Origin: Hyphomicrobiaceae bacterium
Lineage (GTDB): Bacteria; Pseudomonadota; Alphaproteobacteria; Rhizobiales; Hyphomicrobiaceae
Direction of reading: 5' to 3'
Assembly (NCBI GenBank): GCA_035258465.1
Contig: DATEVP010000139.1
Location: 1 to 49,829 of the forward strand
Length of the DNA stretch: 49,829 nt
Position 1 is the stretch's first letter. Each line of letters begins with the position of its first letter. Below are positions 25,827 through 35,080 of the stretch, piece after piece. The notes under the pieces are model-generated. The model did not search any database. It saw nothing but the letters and a program-made list of their open reading frames with translations, and was not told the origin of the DNA. The position numbers and the translations under genes are program-made.

Positions 25827-26660
25827 CTATGCCGACAGCACACGCGACCACGGCATGGTCAAGCGCCCGACGACGCGGATGCATCGGTCGATGAGCAGCC
25901 CGACGATACCGATGGTGATCATGCCCACGATCACATAGTCGGTGCGCAGCACGGTGCGCGCATCGTTGATGAGAAAGCCGAGCCCGGAGTTGGCGCCGAC
26001 CAGCTCGGCAGCCACCAGCGCCATCCAGCCCACGCCGAGGCCGACCCGAATACCGGTAATGATCGAGGGCATGGCCGCGCGCAGCACCACTCGCCACAGG
26101 ATCCGCCGCTGGTCGGCGCCGAGACATTGCGCGGCATGGATGAGGTTGGGCTCGATGTTCTTCACACCGGCAATGGTGTTGAGCAGGATCGGGAAGAACA
26201 TGCCGAGGAAGATGATGAACTGGTTCTGCGTGTCGCCGATGCCGAACCACAGGATCGACAGCGGGATCCAAGCCAGCGGCGGAATCGGGCGCAGAACCTC
26301 GACGAGGACGTCCACCTGCTCGTTGACCGCTTTCCACCAGCCCATGGCGACAGCGAGAGGAACCGCCAGGATGGCCCAGGAAAAGGCCACCAGCTCCCGC
26401 TTGAGGCTGTCGCGCAGATGCCGGAAGAGGTCGCCCGTCTCGATCAGCTCCCAGGCGCCCCTGACGACGGCCGAGGGCGGAGGAAGGAGCGTGGCGGTGC
26501 TGGCATCGAGCACCTGCGTGCTGACGTACTGCCAAAGGCAGAGGACGGCCGCCAGCAGACCGAACGTTCTCAGGCGCTGCAGGCGCGCAAGGACGCGGGC
26601 GGGCTTGCCAGGCGCTCTTGTCCCGGCTCCGGCCTCGTGTGCGCCTACAGCATCATTCAT
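25827..26660 (-). CDS. ABC transporter permease, NitT/TauT type
   Basis: ORF 25827..26711 has the EAA-loop region AAQCLGADQRRILWRVVLRAAMPSIITGIRVGLG. The start is either ATG 26660 or GTG 26711. Confidence 0.85.
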   Translation of the reverse strand: MNDAVGAHEAGAGTRAPGKPARVLARLQRLRTFGLLAAVLCLWQYVSTQVLDASTATLLPPPSAVVRGAWELIETGDLFRHLRDSLKRELVAFSWAILAVPLAVAMGWWKAVNEQVDVLVEVLRPIPPLAWIPLSILWFGIGDTQNQFIIFLGMFFPILLNTIAGVKNIEPNLIHAAQCLGADQRRILWRVVLRAAMPSIITGIRVGLGVGWMALVAAELVGANSGLGFLINDARTVLRTDYVIVGMITIGIVGLLIDRCIRVVGRLTMPWSRVLSA

Positions 26661-26738
26661 GACTTGTGACCCTCGCACCTCGCGGAGGGGCACCACGCTC
26701 GTGCTTGCCACTTCGCTCTTGGTTCGCGCCGGGCGATG

Positions 26739-28022
26739 CTACGGCGTATAGCTCTTGCCGCCGAAGCTCCACGGTTTCGCCAGATCGCCCTTTTCCGGGA
26801 AGGGCTGCGGGCTCTTGGTGTTGATGGCATGGACGTAGTCGGGATAGGGCACCTTGTCGAGCTTGCCCGTCCAGTTCGCCGGAATGAAGGGTGGCTGCTT
26901 GGGGATCGTCCAGCCGACCTTGGCGAACGACCTCTCGAGGAAGCGGGCATCGACCGCGGCCTCGAAATCCTTCCCCTTCAGGGGATTCTGGATGCGCTTG
27001 TTCTGGTGCAGCCAGTTGAATATGGGCTCGTTCGCCTCGCCCCAGAATTTCGCCAGCGGGTAGATGTAGGTGGGCTTGTAGAGATTGTTGTAGGCCACGA
27101 TCTGCTGCAGCAGGATGGCCTTGGAGAAGTTCTTCAGGTTGGGATCCTCGGCCATGAGATCGGCCGCCTTCTCCGGGTTGAGCCGGATCCACAGCGTGGC
27201 CTCGACATAGGCATCGGCGAAGGCCTGCACGACGTCGGGCGCGTTGTCGATCAGCTCCTGGCGGACGTAGAAGTTCCCCTCGTACATATTGTAGGGGAAG
27301 ATGGAGTCGACGATGCGTCCGTTCTTGCGCTCCTCGACCATCATGGTCGGCGTCGGGTCCCACGGCACGACGCCGGAGATGCCTTTGGGCATGGCCATCT
27401 GCTCGCCAGGCGGCATGTTCTTGAGGATCACATCCTTGCCGAGTTGCAGCCCATGCACCTGCGCCGCCATCTGAAAGTAGAATTCCGAGGAGGAGCCGGT
27501 GACGATGCCGATGGTGGCGGGCTCGGCGCCGCCCTTGAGGTCCTTCAGGCTCTTGACCGGCGAATCGAGCGGCACCACCGTGGCGTGCAGAAGGTTGGGG
27601 CTGAGGATGGCGATGGCCTTCACCGGCACCTTCTTGTCGAGCAGCGAGGTGAAGGGGAAATTGCCGCCATTGCCGACCTGGGCCCGCGCGGACACCATCA
27701 CCTCATTGATGGCCGGCCCGGACGGAAACCCCTGCCACTTGGCCTCGATGCCGCGGCTGCCCATGAGGTTCTGGCGGTCCATCACGATATTGATGGTGTT
27801 CTGACCGGACCAGGGCGGCTGGAAGGCGACCGTCATCGGCCACCAGCCTTTCTCCTTCAGCCAGGCAACGGATTTGTCGGAGACCTTTTCATACGGCTGC
27901 GGCCAGCCCCACGCGGAGAATTGCTGCGCTGCGGAAGGCGTGGCGATCGCGAGTGCGGCAAGGCCGCAGGCAAGCCAAGCGGCGAGATGGCGTCCCTTAA
28001 GTCCATCGACGATCATGTGCAT
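26739..28022 (-). CDS. ABC transporter periplasmic substrate-binding protein (NMT1/SsuA-like, unusually long at 427 aa)
   Basis: ORF 26739..28118. I place the start at ATG 28020-28022, preceded by AAGGAGGAAATG. The signal peptide is MHMIVDGLKGRHLAAWLACGLAALAIATPSAAQ. Confidence 0.8.
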   Translation of the reverse strand: MHMIVDGLKGRHLAAWLACGLAALAIATPSAAQQFSAWGWPQPYEKVSDKSVAWLKEKGWWPMTVAFQPPWSGQNTINIVMDRQNLMGSRGIEAKWQGFPSGPAINEVMVSARAQVGNGGNFPFTSLLDKKVPVKAIAILSPNLLHATVVPLDSPVKSLKDLKGGAEPATIGIVTGSSSEFYFQMAAQVHGLQLGKDVILKNMPPGEQMAMPKGISGVVPWDPTPTMMVEERKNGRIVDSIFPYNMYEGNFYVRQELIDNAPDVVQAFADAYVEATLWIRLNPEKAADLMAEDPNLKNFSKAILLQQIVAYNNLYKPTYIYPLAKFWGEANEPIFNWLHQNKRIQNPLKGKDFEAAVDARFLERSFAKVGWTIPKQPPFIPANWTGKLDKVPYPDYVHAINTKSPQPFPEKGDLAKPWSFGGKSYTP

Positions 28023-28315
28023 TTCCTCCTTGTGGCCGGCTCCGCGAGTTGCTCCCGCTTCATTTTCGGCGCGGTGGTCCAGACATGTCGCGATCAGTAT
28101 CGAAATTGCAGCTGGCATGTGTCAAGAATCAGCGCCGTGCCCGAACCCGAGCAATGCATGCATGTCCGATCCGCTCTTCGATTGCGTGACCCGGGCCGTC
28201 GCCTACCGGGCCTGATTTGCTGCTTTGATGGCGGCCGGCAAAGCGCGGCTTGGCGTGGCAGGGCAGCCATTGAGAGGCAACGACCACGCGCAATCCGCGT
28301 CTGAGGGAGGCGACC

Positions 28316-30556
28316 ATGGAATCCGACCGACCGCTACGTCGTTCTGAGCAATTCTTCGAGGCGCTGCGCGTGCTCCGCGTGTCCTGGTTCGTTCCCCTGC
28401 TGGCGTTCGTGGTGCTCGCGCTGCCGGCACAGGTGCGCGACCTCTACCGGGCGCTGGCCGAGACCGGCAACTGGTTCCAAATATCAGTGACGGCCCTGCT
28501 GTTTCTGCTGGCCGCCTTTCTCACCTATCGCGTCGGCCGTCATCGCGCCGCGGTGCACGGTCTCGACGCAGGCGACGACAGGCGCTTTTTCGCGGCCATT
28601 CTCCGGTGGGGGCCGGCGGTGTGCGGAGCCTTGCTGCTCGCGGCGGGAGCGCTCGGCATCTATCTCGCCGCGCTCGAGCTACCAGATTTGCCAAGAGGGA
28701 TCGACAGTGAAATCGACAAGACGCTCGAGCGCATGGACGCGGCGGACCAGCGTCTGAACCTGGCCGCAGCCAGTATTGTGATTGTTGCCCTGCTGTTCTT
28801 GCTGCTGCCGCTCGCCGAGAAATGGTGGCGGCCGTCCGCCCCGCAACAGCCCCGGGCTTTTGCCTTCAGCACTATTGAGCGCATCGTTTGGTATGCGGCA
28901 GCCCTCGCGATGGTCGGCCTGGCGTTTGCCCCGGCGGCGTCCATCCCATTGTCACAGGCGTTCGGAGCGCTCCCTGCCTTCCTTTTGTTCCTGTGCGTAC
29001 TGCTGGTCGCGTTGAGCGCGCTCCAGTCCTGGTCGGATCGGCTGGGCGTGCCATGGATCATGCTCTTGCTGCTATGGGGGCTGGCTTTGGCCGTCTTCGA
29101 TCGGGGCGAAGCCCACCGCGCTCGGCTCGTTGAAAGCCCGGGCCGAGGTGAAGGGCTGATCCAGCTGCAGTACGCCTTCATGGAGTGGTATCGCGAGCGC
29201 AAGGACAAGGCCTCCTACCAGAACGAGCCCTACCCCGTGTATTTGATCGCCGCCGAAGCCGGCGGGCTCTATGCGGCGCAATTCACGGCCAAGGTTTTGG
29301 CTCGCCTGCAGGATCGTTGTCCCAACTTCGCCCAGCACGTGTTTGCGATCAGCGGCGTGTCTGGCGGGAGCCTCGGTGCCTCCATCTTCTCGAGCTTGGC
29401 CAAGAAGCACGCCAAGAACGGCCCCTGGCAGCCCTGCCGGGTCGGCTCGGACGTCTTCGAGAAGAAGGTCGACGAGATCCTCAAGCAGGATTTCCTCGCG
29501 CCCATCGTGTCGCGCGCGTTCTTCGCCGACCTCCTGCAGCGCTTTCTCCCCCAACCCTTGATCGTTTCGCAGTTCAGCCGCGGGCGCGCCTTCGAGGAGA
29601 GCATCGTCCACGCGTGGAATCGGGTCGAGGGCAAGGAAGGCAACCCCTTTGCAAGCCCCTTCCTGTCCCACTGGAGCTTTGACGACGCGGGCCCCGCGCT
29701 CCTGCTCAACACCACGAGCGTCAGCGACGGGCGGCAGATGGTGGCCTCGCCCTTCGGCCCGGATATCGACGATCCGGGCTATCACATCGGCTATCTCTTC
29801 ATGCAGGAGGCCTTGTCCGGCAAAGACCTGACCTTGGGCTCGGCGGTCGGTCTCAGTGGCCGTTTCCCCTGGATCTTGCCGGCCGCGACAGTCGGAGATA
29901 ACCGCCTCGCCCTCGTGGACGGAGCCTATTTCGAGGGCTCGGGCGTCGAGACGCTTTCCGTCATCAGGAACGCGCTCAGACCCTACGAGGTCAAGCCCGC
30001 CGGGGAGGCCAGCTTCCCCTACATCACCGTGCACGTGATCGTCATCGGCGGCGCTCAGCCGCCGGCCAGCTCCATACCGATCACCATGGACGAGCTGACG
30101 CCGCCGCTGCGCACCATGCTGAATACGCGCGACCGCCGCGGCTATCTTGCCCACAGCACCATGCGCGATTGGAGCCGGATGGTCGACTGTCCGCCCGTCA
30201 GGCCAGAGACGGCCCTGATGGCAAGTGCCGGCGACGGCGTCGGGAGTGTCATCCCCGGTCTATGTCCGGCGAGGCCGCCGCTGTCCGTCAGGTTGAACTA
30301 CGACTATTTCAGGCTGCCGCTCGGCTGGGCGCTGTCCGACGGCATGCGAAACATAATCGACCGGCACAGCCGCGGACAGTGCGCGGGACAGACCGGATCG
30401 ACCCTTCCGACCGCGCCGGAAAAGGAGGTCGACCAGAACGTCGAACGCGCCCGCGCCATCCTGATACAAAACAGCTCGGTCGCTTCTGAGGTTGCCGACC
30501 AGCTCTGGACAGGCAAGCGAGAAGGTCAGGACGTCATCAGACTACCGTGTGACTGA
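28316..30556 (+). CDS. Polytopic membrane protein with a C-terminal patatin-like phospholipase domain (746 aa)
   Basis: ORF 28316..30556 is preceded by the RBS GAGGGAGG. Roughly 270 N-terminal residues contain multiple hydrophobic helices. These are followed by YLIAAEAGGLYAA (oxyanion-hole region), AISGVSGGSLGA (GxSxG nucleophile) and LVDGAYFEGSG (the DGA Asp of the Ser-Asp dyad). Confidence 0.8.
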   Translation: MESDRPLRRSEQFFEALRVLRVSWFVPLLAFVVLALPAQVRDLYRALAETGNWFQISVTALLFLLAAFLTYRVGRHRAAVHGLDAGDDRRFFAAILRWGPAVCGALLLAAGALGIYLAALELPDLPRGIDSEIDKTLERMDAADQRLNLAAASIVIVALLFLLLPLAEKWWRPSAPQQPRAFAFSTIERIVWYAAALAMVGLAFAPAASIPLSQAFGALPAFLLFLCVLLVALSALQSWSDRLGVPWIMLLLLWGLALAVFDRGEAHRARLVESPGRGEGLIQLQYAFMEWYRERKDKASYQNEPYPVYLIAAEAGGLYAAQFTAKVLARLQDRCPNFAQHVFAISGVSGGSLGASIFSSLAKKHAKNGPWQPCRVGSDVFEKKVDEILKQDFLAPIVSRAFFADLLQRFLPQPLIVSQFSRGRAFEESIVHAWNRVEGKEGNPFASPFLSHWSFDDAGPALLLNTTSVSDGRQMVASPFGPDIDDPGYHIGYLFMQEALSGKDLTLGSAVGLSGRFPWILPAATVGDNRLALVDGAYFEGSGVETLSVIRNALRPYEVKPAGEASFPYITVHVIVIGGAQPPASSIPITMDELTPPLRTMLNTRDRRGYLAHSTMRDWSRMVDCPPVRPETALMASAGDGVGSVIPGLCPARPPLSVRLNYDYFRLPLGWALSDGMRNIIDRHSRGQCAGQTGSTLPTAPEKEVDQNVERARAILIQNSSVASEVADQLWTGKREGQDVIRLPCD

Positions 30557-30604
30557 TGTTCACTCCCTGCGCGGCATCAGCTGCTCTCGCCCAGCGCTCA
30601 TGGC

Positions 30605-30949
30605 TCAGGGGTTGCCGGCGCTATGCCCTTTGGTACAGGCGGTCGGCGCTGCCTCGCACCGGCATGTGCAATGGTTCAAGTAGCGCACATTCGGCGCACA
30701 CGCGCAGCACGCGCCGTTGCAACCGCACGCACGCGTGAGGAAGACGAGCTGTCCGCCGGGGCAGCGGAACTGCGTCGTCTGCTGCTTGGGGATGTCGGAG
30801 CGCACGCCCGGCGCCCCGGACTCTTCGACGAGGGCGCTGACCCGCACGTCGCCTCCAGAGACCGGCCCCGCAAGCTGCACTGTCCCTGCGAGCAGCATCG
30901 CTGCGAACAGAAGAAGCAGCCTCGGCAGTCTAACTAGCTTGCTAGGCAT
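30605..30949 (-). CDS. Secreted cysteine-rich protein (114 aa; 10 Cys in the last ~50 residues)
   Basis: ORF 30605..30949 has a strong RBS (GAGGAGGGCAG-ATG), a signal peptide (MPSKLVRLPRLLLLFAAMLLAGTVQLAG) and high GC3. The C-terminus is CPGGQLVFLTRACGCNGACCACAPNVRYLNHCTCRCEAAPTAC. Confidence 0.6.
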   Translation of the reverse strand: MPSKLVRLPRLLLLFAAMLLAGTVQLAGPVSGGDVRVSALVEESGAPGVRSDIPKQQTTQFRCPGGQLVFLTRACGCNGACCACAPNVRYLNHCTCRCEAAPTACTKGHSAGNP

Positions 30950-31083
30950 CTGCCCTCCTCATGCACTGCATCCACGCGGCGATCCTGCAGCGGCTGGGCG
31001 GTTTGTGTTTCGCATCAGGTCAGACCATGACCGCATATTTCCGCAGGATGGACACTATGCCGTGCTCTGGGCGCCGACAAGCG

Positions 31084-31375
31084 TCATAGGCTCTCCGTGT
31101 CACGGGGCTTCGATCCAGTCGGAAGTGCAGCGGCGAATTCCGCGTATGTGCTACGGCAACGATCCGGAGATGCGAGAATCCCCGGCAACGGGCCCAATCC
31201 GACCGCGCCGACCATCAGCATCGCAACCAGAATGAGCGGGACACCGCGAATGGTCGCAAGCAGCCACTTGATCGGTAGGTGGACCCAACGCGGGGTCAGC
31301 GTCGCTGCAGCGAGCGGACCCGCCGAAATGCTAGTCCAGCTGGTCTGGTAGTGCCTCCTGTACGCATGCTTTGTT
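31084..31375 (-). pseudogene. Start-less fragment resembling a PhnE-type ABC permease
   Basis: My minus-strand translation gives ...LPIKWLLATIRGVPLILVAMLMVGAVGLGPLPGILAS.... It matches the R-x-(I/V)-P...A-V-G-L-G-P...G-(I/V)-L-A pattern of PhnE-like permeases. There is no start codon (an in-frame TGA lies upstream) and the reading frame is only about 95 codons long. Confidence 0.3.
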
Positions 31376-31756
31376 GCACCTGCTCACGGAAGAACTTGGC
31401 ACGCCCTTACCGTTCTCGCGCTGCAGTAAGTCCGGCAGCTATGAGGGGTTCATTCCCCGTACGCCTGGCTATGCTCGGGATGCGAACACTGTTGACCCTG
31501 AACCGCCTGGGCTAGGTGCACCAGTTGCGATGCAGCGCCCTTCCCTGGGTGGGCCACGCGTGGCCGCTGGCCGCTCATTGAGTCTCTTTTGGCCGCGATG
31601 CGGAATCGGCCGCGCCAATCTCACGCGGCCGAGATTGCTCCTCGCGCATCGACGTTGCGATTGCTGGCGCGTTCTGCTTAGCTGACGACAAGGAAAGACA
31701 GTCTCACGTGACGGGAATTCCGCGACCGGCTAAGGCGGCGTCCCAGGGAGGATTGC

Positions 31757-32713
31757 ATGCAGCTCGCGCGCAGACGTGCCCTTTTGAGTATCATTGCCGC
31801 CGTCGGAGTATCGCTGGGCGGGCTTCCGGCGGGCGCGGACTATCCGGAGCGCCCCATCGAACTGATCGTCCCGTGGGGGCCCGGCGGCGGCGCCGACCAG
31901 CTTGCGCGCTTGATCGGCAAGCTCGCTGAACCGCTTCTCGGCCATGGCATTCCGGTCGTCAACGTGCCGGGTGCGACCGGTGGCACCGGCATGGCCAAGC
32001 TCTTGTCAGCGCCGGCCGATGGTTACTCCGCCGCCATCTACATCGCCGACAGCCACGCCCTGCTTGCCGGCAAGGATCCGCGCTGGACGATGAACGACAT
32101 CACGCCCATCGCCATCATGATCCAGGGCCCCTCGTTCATTTTCGTGCCCCAGGACAGCCGCTTCAAGACTTGGCAGGACTTGGAGAACGAAGCGCGTTCC
32201 AATCCCGGCAAGCTGAAGATTGCGACGCTCGGCTTTGGCAGCGTCGACGACTTCTCGATCAGCATGATCGAGCGGACAAAGGGATTGAAGTTCATCCAGG
32301 TGCCGTTTTCCAAACCAAGCGAACGCTACGTCTCGATCCTGGGCGGGCACGCGGATGCCTTGTATGAGCAGGCCGGCGACGTGGCCTCTTTTATCCACAA
32401 CAAGCAGATGCGGCCCGTGCTGACCTTCGGCAAGGAGCGCCTGCCGGCCTTCAAGGATACGCCCTCGTCCTACGAGGTGGGCGTTCCGATCGCGTTGCCG
32501 CAATTCCGCTCCATCGTCGTGCGCGCCGGCACGCCACCCGATCGCGTCAAGAAACTCTCGGATGTGCTGGCCAAGGTTGCCGCCATGCCGGAATACACCA
32601 AGTTCCTGCAGGACCAGTACGCCGCCCAGAACAGTTTCATCGACGCGAGCAAGGCGACGCAATTCGTCGATGAGCAACTCAAGGATATGAAGAAGGTGGT
32701 CGCCACCAACTGA
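31757..32713 (+). CDS. tctC: Tripartite tricarboxylate transporter substrate-binding protein (Bug/TctC family)
   Basis: ORF 31757..32713 has a signal peptide followed by YPERPIELIVPWGPGGGADQLARLI, the typical Bug-family N-terminus. Confidence 0.9.
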   Translation: MQLARRRALLSIIAAVGVSLGGLPAGADYPERPIELIVPWGPGGGADQLARLIGKLAEPLLGHGIPVVNVPGATGGTGMAKLLSAPADGYSAAIYIADSHALLAGKDPRWTMNDITPIAIMIQGPSFIFVPQDSRFKTWQDLENEARSNPGKLKIATLGFGSVDDFSISMIERTKGLKFIQVPFSKPSERYVSILGGHADALYEQAGDVASFIHNKQMRPVLTFGKERLPAFKDTPSSYEVGVPIALPQFRSIVVRAGTPPDRVKKLSDVLAKVAAMPEYTKFLQDQYAAQNSFIDASKATQFVDEQLKDMKKVVATN

Positions 32714-32735
32714 TCGCCGCCCACGCCGATTGGAC

Positions 32736-33272
32736 ATGGATCACAGCTTGTTCCGCGCGGTGGTGCCTTACGTCGTCGGGCTGGTTCTTGCGGCGGTTCT
32801 CTATGTCTATGCGGGACAGATCGAGTACACGCCGCGTCCCGGCCAACTGGGCCCCGCGGTGTGGCCGCAGATGGCCATAGGCCTGATGGCGGCCGCCTGC
32901 CTGTTCGAGATCGTGCGCAAGCTCACCGGCGGTCGGGCCGAAACGCGCGGGATCGCGGAAATCCTGAGCCGCGAAGGCGAGGCCGAGGACGAGCCCAGAT
33001 TCCCCTTGTTGCTGGTCGGCGGGATCGTTCTCGTCACGGTTTACGCAATCCTGCTTCTCGTGCTCGGGTTCATTGTCACGACCTTCGTGTTCCTTGCGAG
33101 CTTCATGTACCTTGGCCGCTACCGCAACCACGGCGTGATATGGGCAACCAGCGCCATCGTCACGATCCTTTGCGGCATCGTGTTCTTGCGGGTTGCGTAC
33201 GTGTCGCTGCCGCGCGGCACTACGCCGTTCGATCGCGTCACTGACGCGTTCCTGATGCTCCCGGGACTTTGA
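32736..33272 (+). CDS. tctB: Tripartite tricarboxylate transporter small membrane protein (TctB family)
   Basis: ORF 32730..33272 (TTG at 32730, ATG at 32736) is about 180 aa with 4 hydrophobic helices. It sits between the tctC and tctA homologues. Confidence 0.75.
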   Translation: MDHSLFRAVVPYVVGLVLAAVLYVYAGQIEYTPRPGQLGPAVWPQMAIGLMAAACLFEIVRKLTGGRAETRGIAEILSREGEAEDEPRFPLLLVGGIVLVTVYAILLLVLGFIVTTFVFLASFMYLGRYRNHGVIWATSAIVTILCGIVFLRVAYVSLPRGTTPFDRVTDAFLMLPGL

Positions 33273-33283
33273 CTGGAACTGGC

Positions 33284-34768
33284 ATGCTCGATCTGATCAC
33301 GCAGCTGGGCATCGGCTTTGTCAATTGCGCGACGCCGATCAATCTGGCGATGCTTGTGATCGGCATCGTCATCGGCCTGCTGATCGGCGTGCTGCCGGGT
33401 CTCACGCTGGTGATGGGCGTCGCGCTCGCGCTGCCGTTCACCTACAGGATGGACGTAACCGCATCCATCGTGCTGCTGACCGCGATGTATGTGTCCGGTA
33501 CCTACGGAGGTGCATTCACTGCCATCCTGTTCCGCATTCCGGGCGAGCCGATCGACGTCCCCATGCTGTGGGATGGTTATACCATGGGACGTCGCGGCCA
33601 GGCCGCCAAGGCCTTGGGTTGGACCCTCGTCGCGGCATTTGGTGGCGGCATCATCTCCGCCATCATCATGGTGCTGCTGACCCAACCACTGGCCAAGTTT
33701 GCGCTGCGCTTTTCCTCGCCAGAATATTTCACGATGCTTCTGTTCGGTTTGAGCAGCGTGGTTGCGCTTGGCCGCGGGGCGCTGGCCGACGCGCTGATCA
33801 GTCTCAGCGTCGGGGTACTGATCGGGACAGTCGGCACGGACCCCATCTACGGCGCATACCGTTTCACCTTCGGCTCTCCGCTGCTTGCCGATGGCATCGA
33901 GTTTCTGGTGGTGATGGTCGGTGCTTACGGCGTGGGCGAAGTGTTGTCACGCCTGGAGACCGGCTTTGCCAGCAAACCTATCGAGAAGATCGAGCACGCA
34001 CGCACCGAATTGCCTTCATTCCGCGAAATGTCGGCGGTGAAGGTGCCGTTCCTGCGCTCGAGCCTGCTTGGCATTGTGATCGGGATCATTCCGGGCGCCG
34101 GCGCGACGATCGCGTCGTTTGTCAGCTACGGTGTCGAGTCGCAGTTCGGCAGGCGCAAGGAGCAGATGGGCACCGGCATTGCCGAAGGCATCGTGGCTCC
34201 GCAGGCCGCCGCGACCGCGTCGGTGGGCGGCGCGCTCGTGCCGTTGTTGGCACTGGGCATTCCGGGCAGCGGAGCCACCGCCATCATTCTCGGTGCCTTC
34301 ATGCTGCACGGCGTCCAGCCCGGGCCGCAGGTGCTCGTGACCTCGGCGGCCATGGTCTATACGATTTTCGCCTCGCTATTCCTGGGCCTCGGGCTGATGT
34401 GTCTCATCGGCTATTTTGCCATTCGCCCGCTGGTGAAGATTCTCGATTTTCCCGAAGCCATCGTTTCGGCCTACGTGCTGATCCTGTGTTTCATCGGTGC
34501 GCTCTCGATCCGCAACAGCGTCACCGACCTGTGGCTGATGATCGGCTTCGGCGTGCTCGGCTATTTGTTCGAGCGCTGGAAATTTCCCGTCGCGCCACTC
34601 GTGCTGGGGGTCATTCTCGGCCCACTCGCCGAAGAATCGTTCAAGAATTCCATGATCAGTTTTTCCAACGATTGGACCGTATTCTTCACCCGCCCGATTG
34701 CCGGCACAATGGCGACGCTCACCATCCTCGTTCTCCTTCTTCCGCTCGTGCGGAAGTGGCGTGGATAA
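33284..34768 (+). CDS. tctA: Tripartite tricarboxylate transporter large permease (TctA family)
   Basis: ORF 33269..34768. I prefer ATG 33284 (MLDLITQLGIGFVNCATPINLAMLVIGIVIGLLIGVLPGLT...). It is about 494 aa and polytopic. Confidence 0.9.
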   Translation: MLDLITQLGIGFVNCATPINLAMLVIGIVIGLLIGVLPGLTLVMGVALALPFTYRMDVTASIVLLTAMYVSGTYGGAFTAILFRIPGEPIDVPMLWDGYTMGRRGQAAKALGWTLVAAFGGGIISAIIMVLLTQPLAKFALRFSSPEYFTMLLFGLSSVVALGRGALADALISLSVGVLIGTVGTDPIYGAYRFTFGSPLLADGIEFLVVMVGAYGVGEVLSRLETGFASKPIEKIEHARTELPSFREMSAVKVPFLRSSLLGIVIGIIPGAGATIASFVSYGVESQFGRRKEQMGTGIAEGIVAPQAAATASVGGALVPLLALGIPGSGATAIILGAFMLHGVQPGPQVLVTSAAMVYTIFASLFLGLGLMCLIGYFAIRPLVKILDFPEAIVSAYVLILCFIGALSIRNSVTDLWLMIGFGVLGYLFERWKFPVAPLVLGVILGPLAEESFKNSMISFSNDWTVFFTRPIAGTMATLTILVLLLPLVRKWRG

Positions 34769-35080
34769 GCTCCCGCTGGCCGTGCAGGGCCAACGAGAGC
34801 TCATCCCTTCAAACATCGCCGCTAGAGCATGCCAAGACTTGCCCACGCTGCAAACAGTTCCAAATTGTCGCGAGGTTGGCGCTGCCGTATTTATCGGCTG
34901 ACCAATATCATATAGAGCACGGTTGATTTTCAGCGGTAAGCCTGCAACGCCCCTTGCCTGTATCGTGGCGATCGGCGCTTCAGCATTGGGGATAACTGTA
35001 TCCGCAATATCCCGGCGTGGTTCGCGCCATGCGATGGTGGGCTTCACCAATCGCTTGAATGATGAGAGCGCGGGCTTTTC

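Noticed and set aside
28316-30556. Patatin gene as the effector of a CBASS or other known multi-gene defence system
   Set aside because: No cyclase/nucleotidyltransferase, SMODS, STING, TIR, SAVED or other sensor genes are adjacent. The neighbours are an ABC binding-protein gene and a Cys-rich secreted-protein gene. I kept it only as a stand-alone curiosity.
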